Source: Lama glama | Taxonomy: Eukaryota | Direction: 5' to 3' | Assembly: GCA_028534125.1 (NCBI GenBank) | Contig: CM052851.1 | Span: 6,572,001 to 6,636,000, forward strand | Length of the DNA: 64,000 nt | In this document: positions 34,021 through 45,500 of the stretch, in pieces | Layout of the letters: each line of letters opens with the position of its first letter | Position numbering within the stretch: the first letter of the stretch is position 1 | Position numbers and translations under genes: made by a program | Notes under the pieces: generated by a model | The model's database searches: none | What the model was told of the DNA's origin: nothing | Seen by the model: only the letters and a program-made list of their open reading frames with translations

Positions 34021-34344
34021 CTTCTTCTCCCCTAATTCAGAAAATTAAATTCAGTCTATCATATAAAATTTGGACAATATAGAGAAGTAAACCAAAATTG
34101 CCCCAGTTCCTTTGTCGCAGGAATACCCCTGTAGACATTTCCTGTAACCGATCGAGTTAGCTGACTTTGCTGTCCTGGGCATCTATACATTAACATTTAA
34201 TCCTAGGAGGTAGCTTTTTTTAGCCCCATTTTACAGCTGGTCCCAGAGCCCCTGAGTCTTGCTAAAAATCACAGAGTCAGAAGGACTAGAACTTAACAGT
34301 GCACTTGGCCCTTATGCTACACTCTCTCTCAATAGTGGCTGGTA

Positions 34345-34370
34345 GTGTGTGTGTGTGTGTGTGTGTGTGT
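34345..34370 (+). repeat. (GT)13 microsatellite
   Basis: Seen directly. Confidence 0.95.
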
Positions 34371-34518
34371 AGCCAGATCAAGTTGCATCAGTATTGAAAT
34401 CTGCTTTCCCAGTTACAGTACACCACAATCACTCTAGTTTCCTTTTATTTTTTCTCTCCTGTTGCCAGGTTTTGCCAATCAAATAAATTGTTGATTGACA
34501 AAAAGACAAATCCGTTGC

Positions 34519-35093
34519 TGTAGTGGCCTTCTATTCCACACAACAAATGACCACAATAAGTGGCTTAAAACAACAGTCATTTATTAGCTCATGGTTCTGT
34601 AGATCAGAAGTCCAGAGTCTTGAGTGCTGAAATCAGGTGGTGGCCAGGCTGAGTTCTCATCTGGGGACCCTGGGAGGCATCTGCTTCCACACTCATTCTT
34701 ATTGGTTGGCAGGGATTGGCCAGATTCAGGCCTTGCACCTATAGGAGTGAAGGCCCTGTTTCCTTGCTGGTTGTCAGCTGGGGGCTGCTCTAGTCTCCTA
34801 GAGGCCACCCACATTCTTCTCCATGTGGTCCCCCTCCATCTTCAAGTCAACAACGGCACATCGAATCCTTGTGCTTTGAATCTCTGACTTCCTCTGCCAC
34901 CAGCCAGAGAAAACTGCTTTTAAAGAGCTCATGGGATGAGGTCAGGCCGCTCTGATAATCTAAAGTTAACTGTGCCATCGAACATGACCTATCACAGGAG
35001 TAAACCCATCAAATTCACAGTCCCAGGCATTATACCGGGTATGTACACCTGGGTGGAGAATTTTGGGGACATCTTAGAATTCTGCCTACCACA
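34519..35093. mobile_element. MLT1-type (ERVL-MaLR) solo LTR
   Basis: TG...CA ends; acaaatgaccacaa..gtggcttaaaacaaca..catttattagctcatggttctgtag..cagaagtcc and terminal catcttagaattctgcctaccaca. Confidence 0.8.
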
Positions 35094-38000
35094 ATTACCA
35101 AAAGTTTTTCAGGGGGAGGTCTTGGGACCCAGGGGTAGCAGGCCAGGCTGGATAAGCAGGTGATGGAAGCTTGACCTCAGCTCTGGGGAAGGTTCTGTTG
35201 CATTCCCGCCCTTTGAGAAGGCCCAACATGTACTTCTCGGAGTGAGCATGGAGCTTGGGTACACATGAGCGCTCTCATCTCTGCCACTTCCGGTCCTTTT
35301 CAGATGACCCATCCCCATGGCCTGTACTCAAGGTCAGGATGAAGTCAGGGGAATGTTCCAGCTGGGCCAAAAGGGAAGTGAGAGACTGTTGGCAGGGCAG
35401 GTGGGCTGGGGCAGCTGCATGGCCCACCAAGCTCAGAGCCACCTGAGTGGAGACTAACTTGGGAGAGGGAAGAAGGAGGTGTTAGGTCAGTGGAAGGAGC
35501 TGGAGGGTGACCTGGGGCACAATATCTGAACCCCACTGAGATATGGGTGTGAGGGGCTGGGCTTGTGAAAAATGCATTGGTCTCTGTGCCCTGGCAGCTG
35601 AGGGTGACACATGACTGGGGACGGAATTATTCTCCAGCCCCCAGCCTGTGAGCCCCATGGTGAGGCTCAGGGCAGAGCCTGGTCATGGGGGAACAGGGAA
35701 TAGAGGCCACGGCGAGGGAGAGGAGCAGAGGAACATGCATGGGAGAGATGTGGGAAAGGCAAAGGACTGCACTCCCACTCGTGGGGCTAGGATTGTGGCC
35801 ACTCAGGCAGCAACATCCGTATGCCTTGCATGTACTCTCAGCTTCCGAGACCACAGGGACATTGGGGTTACACCCACCATTTCCCTCACAGTTAGGGGAG
35901 ATCCAAAACCCTGCCAAGGGACCCCCGATGGCATCACTATAGAAGGCCAGATAATAACCGTGCCAGATAATAAGTCACTTCCCCAAAAGTCCCCAGATGC
36001 GATGTGTCCACAGCAAAGGCTTGGAGGGCAGGGCTGGGATGGCACCTGAGCTCTCCAGGGAGTTTAGGTAAAGACTGCACCCTGTGTTCACCTGCAGCTC
36101 CCGCCCCAACAGCCCCTGCAAGATGGGGCCAGAGGCCACAGGGACTGAGACACACGTTTGGAAGCCCAGCAGTGGGTGGCCTCCTCCAGCCCTGCAGTAG
36201 AGTTTCTACCAGAGGTGCTCAGAGGCCTCTGCAGCTCAGCTCTGCAAAGCACTATGTGGTCACATGCGGAACCCCCTCGCTGCAGAGCAGGAGCTGCTGC
36301 TTCAGGGCAGAGTTCACTCCGGCCTGTACCAGGGAAAGAGACTCTTAAAACCCTCGTGCTTGGTTTGCCACCAGCCTGACCCTGCAACTTCAAATGGTTT
36401 GAGTGTGAAAAGAGCACAGTGTTAAGATTTCAAAGCCCTGCTTCTCGTTCAACCTGGGTGACTTCAAGCAGGCCACTAAGCATCCCCGGGCCTCACACTT
36501 TTGCTCATTGGGATCTGAAAGCAGAGACCCTAAGCAGCCCTGATACTCTGTCACCTCCAAGCCAGACCACATTCCAGCTCCTGCCTGACACCTGCAGAGG
36601 CCTCTGGAGCCCAACAGCCCTCCCATCTGCTGGCCAAATCTATCCCTCATGATTGCAAGGAATGTAAACTCTGCTTATGTGCAAACTTGCTCAGTGGAAA
36701 GAATGAACTATTCTTCATCCCAGGGACAAACCTATATGTTCTGGGCTTTTCTCAGCCTGATTCTTCCACCATATTTGGAGAAAAACTCCATTTTTCTTTT
36801 TTATTTTTAAGTTGTTTTTAGGGGCGTTGTAGACACATGTTTCTCTAGACCAGGCTGTTAGGGGCTTGAGCAGACTGCTTTGAGGGAAAGCAGGTAACCC
36901 CCTTGTGTAGCTGGGAGCAGTCTCTGAAGAGACCTGGTGGCACCCAAGGCAGGGTTTGGCAGTCTATGTCTGTGAATTTGAAGGAGTAGGAGATGGGCAT
37001 CATTTTTGAGATGAAGGAAAATATCTGAAGCCTTCTTCAATCTTTTGCTGGGGACCCAGACAAAAACAGACAGAAAGTGAAAGAGGAGAAACCAAAAGTG
37101 AAATGGTTCATTCACGGCTTATGAAACTTTCCCACCGAACAGAAACTACCTTACACAAAAAACAAACAGGAAAGAAAGGACATGTTCACAATCTGGAGCA
37201 TTACTAGATATGAAAGCTGCCCAGGACCTAGGGGCCAACTCCGTGAAATTGGGGAAACTAATTTCCACCCACTTGAGCCTAGTGAGGGAGATCCCTTTTT
37301 CCAATCCTTCAAGTCCTTGGAGAAACCAAGCATCCATACATAGCCAACAGGGGTTGGGTTTCATTTATAAATAACCCAGGAACATTTTGTTGTTTCCAAT
37401 TTTTTAGGGCAGGGTTTTCCCAGCAAACAGTGCTCTAGGGAGATGTGACAACCATGGTGGGTCAGTGTGAGAGCTGCCGGGACGAGCTAGTGGAACCCTC
37501 ATTCAGGCCATTAGACAACCACCTCTTTCAGGATCCTCAGCCCCGGGCCCTTCCCTGGAACAGCCCAGAAATTACATCTCCGGGGTGGACCCCTCAAAGT
37601 ACCATGTAGGAGATAAGTTCTTTGGCTTTTAAGGCTGGACCAGGAAGTCTAGACTGGCTCTGCCGGGGACTCCTAGTCACCAGCTGGCACACAGTCTCTG
37701 GTGACAGCCCTGCTTAGGAGTCTTAATATCCCCTTTTGAGGAGAAAGCCAAAGAAAGTGTCTCATGGCTGCTGCGTTTTACTGTGATGAAAAGAATGCTA
37801 ATGAAGTCCCAAGTAAAAGCAGTAAATCAGGGACCTAAGACCGAAAGCAGGGCTGGAATTACTCATCTGCTCTCCAATGGTCAGGGAGGGGGAGGGAAAG
37901 CAATCAATTTAACGTGAATTTTTCCCCTCAGAAAGCACCGAGGCCTGATCCTACAAGGGGTGGGCAATCAAATCTCCCATCTGGCCCCCTCTGGCTCCCG

Positions 38001-38322
38001 CTAGTATTCTGCTGTTCTCAAATCTGAGTTCCTGCCTCTGTCCTCTTAGCCTACCAGCCTGCTTTCTTCCTTGATACAGACACCCAGCCCTCCAGGCTCC
38101 CACATTTCCCAGAAGCCAGAAAATTGGACATGAGGCCTTCTAGTTTCCAGGTGCATTTTAGGTCTATCTAGGAGCAAGCACTGCCACCACCCCTGGCACT
38201 TTGGTGTCTTGATACTGGTTACATAACAATCAGTCTCCAAAGCTCTGACATCACCTACTGAAGATTCTCACCAGCTCGGACAGCCAAGAGGGCCTGGGTG
38301 TGGCCAGGGATGATGAGGGGGT

Positions 38323-38350
38323 ATGAGCCTATTGGAACAGCCAGGAACTG
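38323..38350 (+). CDS. EHD1: Candidate coding part of an upstream alternative first exon of EHD1 (MSLLEQPGT-)
   Basis: ATG AGC CTA TTG GAA CAG CCA GGA ACT G|GTAAGG; phase-1 donor fits the acceptor cccgcag| at 39500/39501, giving ...AASPVSGS-M in frame with the main ATG. Confidence 0.55.
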
Positions 38351-38869
38351 GTAAGGAAGGGGACAAAAGTCAGAGTAAAAGACGGTAAGTGGTGGTGACC
38401 CAGAGAAGAAAGGGGAAGTATTTGGGTTTTTTAATTCCCCCTAAGTTCCCACAAGATTTCACTGTTGCCCCATATTTCCCCTCTTCCCCACATAGGGAAT
38501 TTCCGATTTCACTTCCTCAAAACTCAAGGGCTAGAGGACCTGGGCTTCCTCTTTACACCCTCCCACAGATGCAGCCTCTTTACGGAGGCTATGTCTTCTC
38601 CCCACCTGTTATATGTCATATGTGTCCTCCACTGCTAGAGTCCCTCTCCCAATTCCCAGCCCCACTGCTGGTTAGACTTTCCCCATTCACCACCTCCCTT
38701 CCTATTTTTCTTTCTCCAGTCACCACCCTGTCTTGGATGTTCTACACCCTCAGCTTCCCCCACTACTTCTTTCCTGTCTCAGTCCCAAAGCAGATAAAAG
38801 ATGAGGGGGTGAGAGGGAGTAACAGGGAATCAGAGGCGAGGGGGAGAAAAGACAGCGCAGACAATAGGT

Positions 38870-39523
38870 GCAGGGCCCCCGGGGTCCTCCCATACTTCTG
38901 GGGATTCTGAGCCAGTGGGAGGAGGAGAACCGTTCATGGGGTCACTGCGGGTGGGGCGCTAAGTCAGGAAACTGGGGTGCCTGACTGGGAGTCTCGCGTG
39001 CTGGAAGGCGCGCAGACCCTGGGACCTCCTCGCGCCTGACGCCTGCTTCCCGCCTTCCCAACCGCAGCACTTCCGCGAGCAGCCCCACTAGGGGCGGGGT
39101 GAAACAGATGCGGTTGCCACGGCACCGGGGCCACAGGCTGGGAACGGAACAAGCGGCGCTCGCAATAAGCGGCGCTCGCGAGATTTGCAATTGGCCAATG
39201 GGAGGCGGGGGAGGGGAGGACGTGGCGCGGAGTGCGAGGGCAGAGCTCTAACCCCTCCACCATTTCCCGCGGCCCCCCGTGGCGGCGGCGCGCGCGCCCG
39301 AACGCGCGGTCTGGCCTTATAAAGAGCGCACGGCGAGGCGCGCGCTCCACTGCGCGGAGGGCGCTCCGCGGGCCGAGCCGTGCGCCTGCGCACTGCGGGC
39401 CGCTCCCCGCCCCCTGCCCCGCCGCCCCTCAGCCGGCCGGCCGGGCCCCGCCTCGGCTCCGCGCCCTCGCCCGGCTCTCAGCCGCCGCTCCGACCCGCAG
39501 CAGCCAGCCCAGTCTCCGGCAGC
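38870..39523 (+). promoter_or_regulatory. EHD1 CpG-island promoter and 5' UTR
   Basis: Very CpG-rich; TATAAAG 39318-39324; back-to-back CCAAT palindrome ATTGGCCAAT 39190-39199; ETS ACTTCCG 39069-39075; X-box-like 39113-39126; BANP-like GCTCGCGAGA 39174-39183. Confidence 0.8.
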
Positions 39524-42500
39524 ATNNNNNNNNNNNNNNNNNNNNNNNNNNNNNNNNNNNNNNNNNNNNNNNNNNNNNNNNNNNNNNNNNNNNNNNNNNN
39601 NNNNNNNNNNNNNNNNNNNNNNNNNNNNNNNNNNNNNNNNNNNNNNNNNNNNNNNNNNNNNNNNNNNNNNNNNNNNNNNNNNNNNNNNNNNNNNNNNNNN
39701 NNNNNNNNNNNNNTGGGCCAGTACAGCACGGGCAAGACCACCTTCATCCGGCACCTGATCGAGCAGGACTTCCCAGGGATGCGCATCGGGCCCGAGCCCA
39801 CCACCGACTCCTTCATCGCGGTCATGCACGGCCCCACCGAGGGCATGGTGCCGGGCAACGCGCTGGTCGTCGACCCACGGCGCCCCTTCCGCAAGCTCAA
39901 TGCCTTCGGCAACGCTTTCCTCAACAGGTAACCGCGCCTTGCCCCGGGGGAGCGCAGGGAGGGCGGCGGAGGTCCTGACCCTCTTGCTGCCGCCTCCCCG
40001 GCTGTTCTTTGTCTTCGAGGCCCCCGCGACGCCCTCAGCGACCACTCCCCAGGACTGGGTCCCCAGCCGCTTACCAGAGAAAACCCTACGGGGGAGGTAA
40101 TCTGGGAGTGGGCGTCGCTGGCTTCCCCAGCTCTGTCATCCCCCAGAATTTTCCAAGTTATCCGTTTAACTCCCAACCCCACAGGCAGATCGCAGACTCA
40201 CTTCCTTCAGTTAGTCTTGGTCTCCACCTCCTTCCCTCAGACGGGACGCACCTAATTCATTCAAACCAACCCTCCACACTCCTCCCTTCAAGGGTCTGTT
40301 TCTTAAATGTCATGGAAAAATACAGTGAAACTTTCAGCCATTCCCTTTGCTGGTGTGGCGTTCATTGCCTCCCCTGGGACCGGTGGTTTTATGTAGGAGG
40401 GACGGGGAGGATCTGCTGTGGCCTGCTGAGTTTGGGACAGCCTGCACAGGCAGCAGCCGGACCCAGTGCCACTACTTCTCCCAGGAACATCTCCAAAGGG
40501 CCTGTGATGCTTTAGGGGTTTCAGGAGTATGGGTCTGTGCTGCCAGGCAGTGGCTCTGGGAGCCTTGGAATGAGATTTGGGCCCCTCTGAAGACTCACTA
40601 GGACGTTTTCTAACGTACTTGGGCCTCAATTTCCCCAGTTAAATGGGTAAAACCCTGATGAGGGTAATCCTACAAGGTTCTAACCTTCATGAGGCTATGA
40701 ATGAAATGCCTCCTCTCTCAGGAGTGCAACAGCCAAGCTCACTTTTCTCTAAAGGAACCCAGTGCTTCTAAAATCCCTCCCCCCACCCCCAGGGGACATA
40801 CCGGAAGAACTTCACAGATCTGCTGACTCTGCCAAACCCCATTCAAAGAGTGACTCCACATGCCTTTCAAAGTCTCTTAGGAGAAGAGCCTGGGAAAGAA
40901 TCCTTGACTCTTGCTTTCCAGAAGGTCTCCACCCTGTATGATCACATTCCTTTCCAGACACTGTCTGGCCACACAGGGTAGACCAGCTCACCCTTGATCC
41001 AAGCCAGTGGCCAGGCCTACCTCTGTGAGCAGAGCTGACCTTTAATAGAAAAGACGGGTAGGCTTCTGTTGTCTCTCTGCCCCTTTCAGGCATTTAAACC
41101 TGTCCTGTTTCATGGCTGATGTCATTTGTGTGTCAGGGCCAGAGTAGAGCCCTTAGAGGGAGACTTCTGAAAAGGCCCAGCCCCCTTAGCCCTGAGCCCG
41201 CCTCCCTCCAGAGGATACTGGTGTTTTAGAATTGTTCTGCCTGTAGATAGGCGATTGGCTGACTGTCAGCTGGTGGGCGCCATACGATCTTGTGGAAAGT
41301 TTGGCTGCTCTGCTGGGAATTCCAAGCATTATTAGGTCTCTGTTTTCAGGCAGAAATTTGGAAAGCTAGAAGGAAGGGTAACTACACCTACTTCTACTGT
41401 CTTTAGGTGTCCACTTTTGATTGTGAGAGCAGACCTTTTTTGAAAAGAGAAATGGGAGTATGACCAGTTTTTTGAATTTGGAGACAAAGTTTCAGAGCTG
41501 GAAGATATCTTAAACACCATATAGGCAGCCCCCACCTCCTTTGGAAACCGCAGCTCAGATAGCCCAGCTGATTTGTAGAGTTCAGAGAGTTCGCCGACTA
41601 TCTGGCCTTTGTGCAGCCAGTTAGCACCTGCTGCTACCCCTGCCTGAAGAAGAGAGTGGTTCAGGAGCGATGGGCCAGAGAGAGGCACTCTGATGCTGCT
41701 GCTGCCACAGGATCCGAAAACCACACCTTTAATTCCTTCTTGTCAACGCTTTCTCTCCAGAGGGTCCCAGAACACTAACGGCCCTGCCCATGGGAGCCTT
41801 ATCAGCCGGGGGAGTGGGTGGTGGTGTGGGTTTGCACTCGAGCTGAGGCTGCGAGCTGTGTCAGCCTGTGTCGTCCACCAGTGCCACTGGCCGCCAGGCA
41901 CACAAAGAGGGCTCTTCACTAGCTGACACAGCCTCTCCCCTGCTCTTAAAGAGACCCATTGAGTCACAGACTTGACTTCCTGGCCTTTTTTCCCTAAGTG
42001 GCTGCTCTAAGACTAAAATCAGACTGAGCAGGAGACAGGGCACAGCCAGGATATGCTCAGAGTGTCCTGTGTAAACTCATTGCATAACTGCTACTTGTAG
42101 CTTGAGATAAAATCTGTGCATCCTTGTTGGTGAGGAAATGGGATTGAGTGCATCTACGCTGCCTTCTCCCTTTCATGTTTTCTGCCTCACTCCCCTGGCT
42201 TTGCAGAGATGTCAGCTAACTCTAGGCTCTTCACAAGGCATTTTTATGTATATTACTTCTCAGAGCCAACTCTACTTCAAATCCTCTTGTTTTGGTATTT
42301 TCTCCACTAACTCCCTTCCCTAGCAGGTGCCCCAGGTCCAATGTGTGGTTATTTATGGCACATGTACTCTGCTGCTGGCACCAGGCAGGATGAGGTCCAA
42401 GGTTTGTTCGTCCTGTGGGTCAGCTGGTTCTGCTCGGTTGTGCTTGCAGGCAGCACCTCTCACCCTGGCCAGCTGCCTCCGGCCAGTGGGCTGCAGGCCA

Positions 42501-45500
42501 CTTGAGGGGTGAGGCCAAAAGGAGAAGCTAATCATCTTCTCAGATTCCTAGACGATAGGTCAGTATTTTCTTTGCTCACAGTACCTTTTACAGAGAAGTC
42601 TTTAAAGGAGTCTTTTCTGTGTCCAATCAAGAATCTCTGCTGTCAGTTGGGACAGCCCCTTGCTCTTCTGGACTGTTCAAAGCTCAGTGGGAACTCAGGC
42701 GCACACAGCTAAGCCCTCGCCAGTGAGTTGCCAGCCTCTCTCTGTGGCTTCATTCTTCCTCAGTCTGCTGTGGCTTTCAGAGAATGGTGTCTGTACTTCC
42801 CTGCCCCACCATCCACCAGCCTGTGTGGTCCCCTGTCTGTCACTGGTCTCCCACTGCAATCCATTTTCCCAAGCAGCTGGGTGGAAGGGAGGGCTGGCCC
42901 CAACAGCAGTAAGAAAGGACCGTCTCTCAACAGGATGTGGAAATTTAGCCAAGTGGTTAAACATTTGAATGTGGAATTCCATGGTCCCAATTGTCACCCT
43001 TCTGTTTTCCTTCTGGAATTGAATGGTGGCCTAGGCTTGTGCAGTTTTCACTAACATGTCAGCAAACTTGAAAGTTGAACTCTTGAACTCTGGGGGAAAA
43101 GCTAAGTGAGGGAAGTGCTGATGTGGGTCAGTTTGAGCCTGCTAGTTGATTCCCAGTTAAGACAACATGTACAATTTGCTAGTCACCCCGGAAACTTAAG
43201 ACAATAGAAAACCTCCTTTAAGTGCTTTGCTTCTGGAAAGGAAGCCAGAGGGGGAAATGGAGTATAGAAATCACCGCTGTCCCATCAAGAGCAGCGATAC
43301 CTGAGTCTTGACATCTCTCTTCCTGGCTCTTGCTCCCATGCAGGTTCATGTGTGCCCAGCTGCCCAACCCAGTCTTGGACAGCATAAGCATCATTGACAC
43401 TCCCGGGATCCTGTCTGGAGAGAAACAGCGCATCAGCAGAGGTAAACAGGTTCCGACACAGCCCAGGGCACCTGATGTAGTCTGACGACTTCTATCTGAT
43501 GTCTGTGCCATGGGCCAGCTGCTGCCCCGGTTTCTCTCAGCCTGAGTGAGAACCTGTCTTACATCAGCCTTGTCTCTGGTCAGTGCTTCAAGCCCGGTAG
43601 GGGCTGGAGCTGCTTTTTCCTTGGCTCCCTTTGCTGAGGTTACAAGAGCCATCAGGGTGAGACAGCAACCAATTTTGTGTGGCTTTTGAGGTTTCCAGCC
43701 CCTGGGGCATGCTGGAGAGGAGGAGCATGGGGAGATGGGGCCTCAGGCTGGCTGTGAGTTCCCAGGAAATTGCTTAGTGTCTGGGCTCCAGGGACCTCAG
43801 GCAGCATTGCTGCTCAGAATGAGCTCCTGGCTCCCCTGGGGGCCCATTCACCTTAGTTTGTGTTTGAAAGCTTTGCCTCCCAAGGCAGTATAAATTCCCA
43901 GTGAGTCCAGCAGGACTGTGAGAGAACAGTTTGACTTGAGGAAGCCAGCCAAAAGGAGAAGCTAGCAGCAATTTGTTAAACATTTAGGGTACAGTGGAAA
44001 TATGTTTAAATTTGCTTAAATGTTGGTAATCAGAGCCTCCCTGGGCGCTTTGTGTAGCGTGAGGTTTTCATGCGGAATATTAGTGCACCAGGCCCGTTCT
44101 AGTTGTGTTAACTCCAGTTTTGATTTTGCCAGATCTAAAGATCTGGTTCAGGATGCGCCTGCACTGGGTTCTGTTTCTGCTGCTGCCCCTTTTCGTAGAA
44201 GGAGGGGGACCTCGGGGCTTGAATGCTCTCTGGGAGGAGTTGGAGTGGAGACGCAGGCTGTGATATCTGGCAGGCTAGGAGTGGAGTTTGCAGCTGCAAA
44301 TGTAAAAATGAAACAAAATCAGACTGAGAGCGGGTTGAGGACAAGTGACCAGATTTGTTTATCATTAACTTGCAAATCTCTCCTGCACCCCCTTTCCCTC
44401 CGGGCTGTCCAGCCCAGCGTTAGTGAGCTTTGCAGCTGAAGTTGGGAGGTAGTGTGTCTCTGCTGCGGCTCTGAGGGGGTGGGGCCCCATTCTCTGTGCT
44501 GAGAAACCTTGCTTCTCTTTTTTTCCAGGCTTGTGGGCCCCTGCCATTATGGGATTGCATCAGAGCATACTGAAACTGCTCTGTATCTCTAAATCTGGTT
44601 TAAACTTTTAGGATCTCCACCCCTAATAATAATGATACTTCTAGGAGTTCGAGAGAGCAGATTTGGGAATCCCTTCGAAAAAGGCAAGGGCCCTTTCTTT
44701 CTTTCATACTGACATCATTGTTCCAGTCTGGTTTGAAGAAAATGCCTGATAAACAAGGCTTTTGCCTTGTCATTTGCCAAAGCAAGGCTAGAAACTCTGA
44801 GTAAGTTACTCTTAAAGAGAAAGACCTACAAAAGGGAGTTTATTCTCCGTCTGCCTCCAGGACTGAGCTATCCTGGAGGGACTTTTCTGAGGCTCTGTAG
44901 AGTTCTCTTTTTATGGCCTGGGGGAGTAGGTTGGGGAGGGGCTTTCTTGATTGGGGGCCATCAGATCAGGTAGGTCAGTTGATGTGAACACCTCTTTGAG
45001 GAAAGGACAGTAATAGCTCATGAAAAGAGACGTATCCCCCCAGATGCCACACACCTTAGAACCTTCAGTGTTGGCAGTTGAGGTGTTTGGGAGAAAGCTT
45101 TTAGGGTTCTTGTGGCCCCTGTTGTCTCCCTAAAAGAGAACTCAGGAACAGTTGTTTTCCAGCAGTGCTGTGAGGTTCCCCTGCTGGGCTGTCTTTGACA
45201 CATCGGCCTGTGGCCTTAGCAGAGTGGTAAGTTGGGAGGGTCTGTCTTGCTACCACGGGGACCCTGGCCCTTCCTGATGGGATGTTTCCCTCCCCTTCCC
45301 TGTGCTTCCTTACCCCATTAGTGGAAAGGCAGACAGTGGTGTCCAAACTTGCCCTCTCTGGGACAGGCACCAGGGCAGTGCCCCAGTGTGCCCTCCAGTC
45401 AGGCACAGGGTGCATCTCAGGGTGCAGATGGCAGATACTTGGAGGAGGAAGCCAGCAGGAGATAGCGGGGTTCGCCGTTAGTGCTTCGCCTCATGGGGCC

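Noticed and set aside
39380-39523. In-frame GTG giving a possible 48-aa non-AUG extension of EHD1
   Set aside because: An open frame is unsurprising in very GC-rich sequence and nothing else supports it; the spliced ATG extension is better supported.
39232-40182. Several 160-250 aa ORFs across the EHD1 CpG island
   Set aside because: Lengths are inflated by the N-run and extreme GC content; only the frame containing GQYSTGKT is the real exon.
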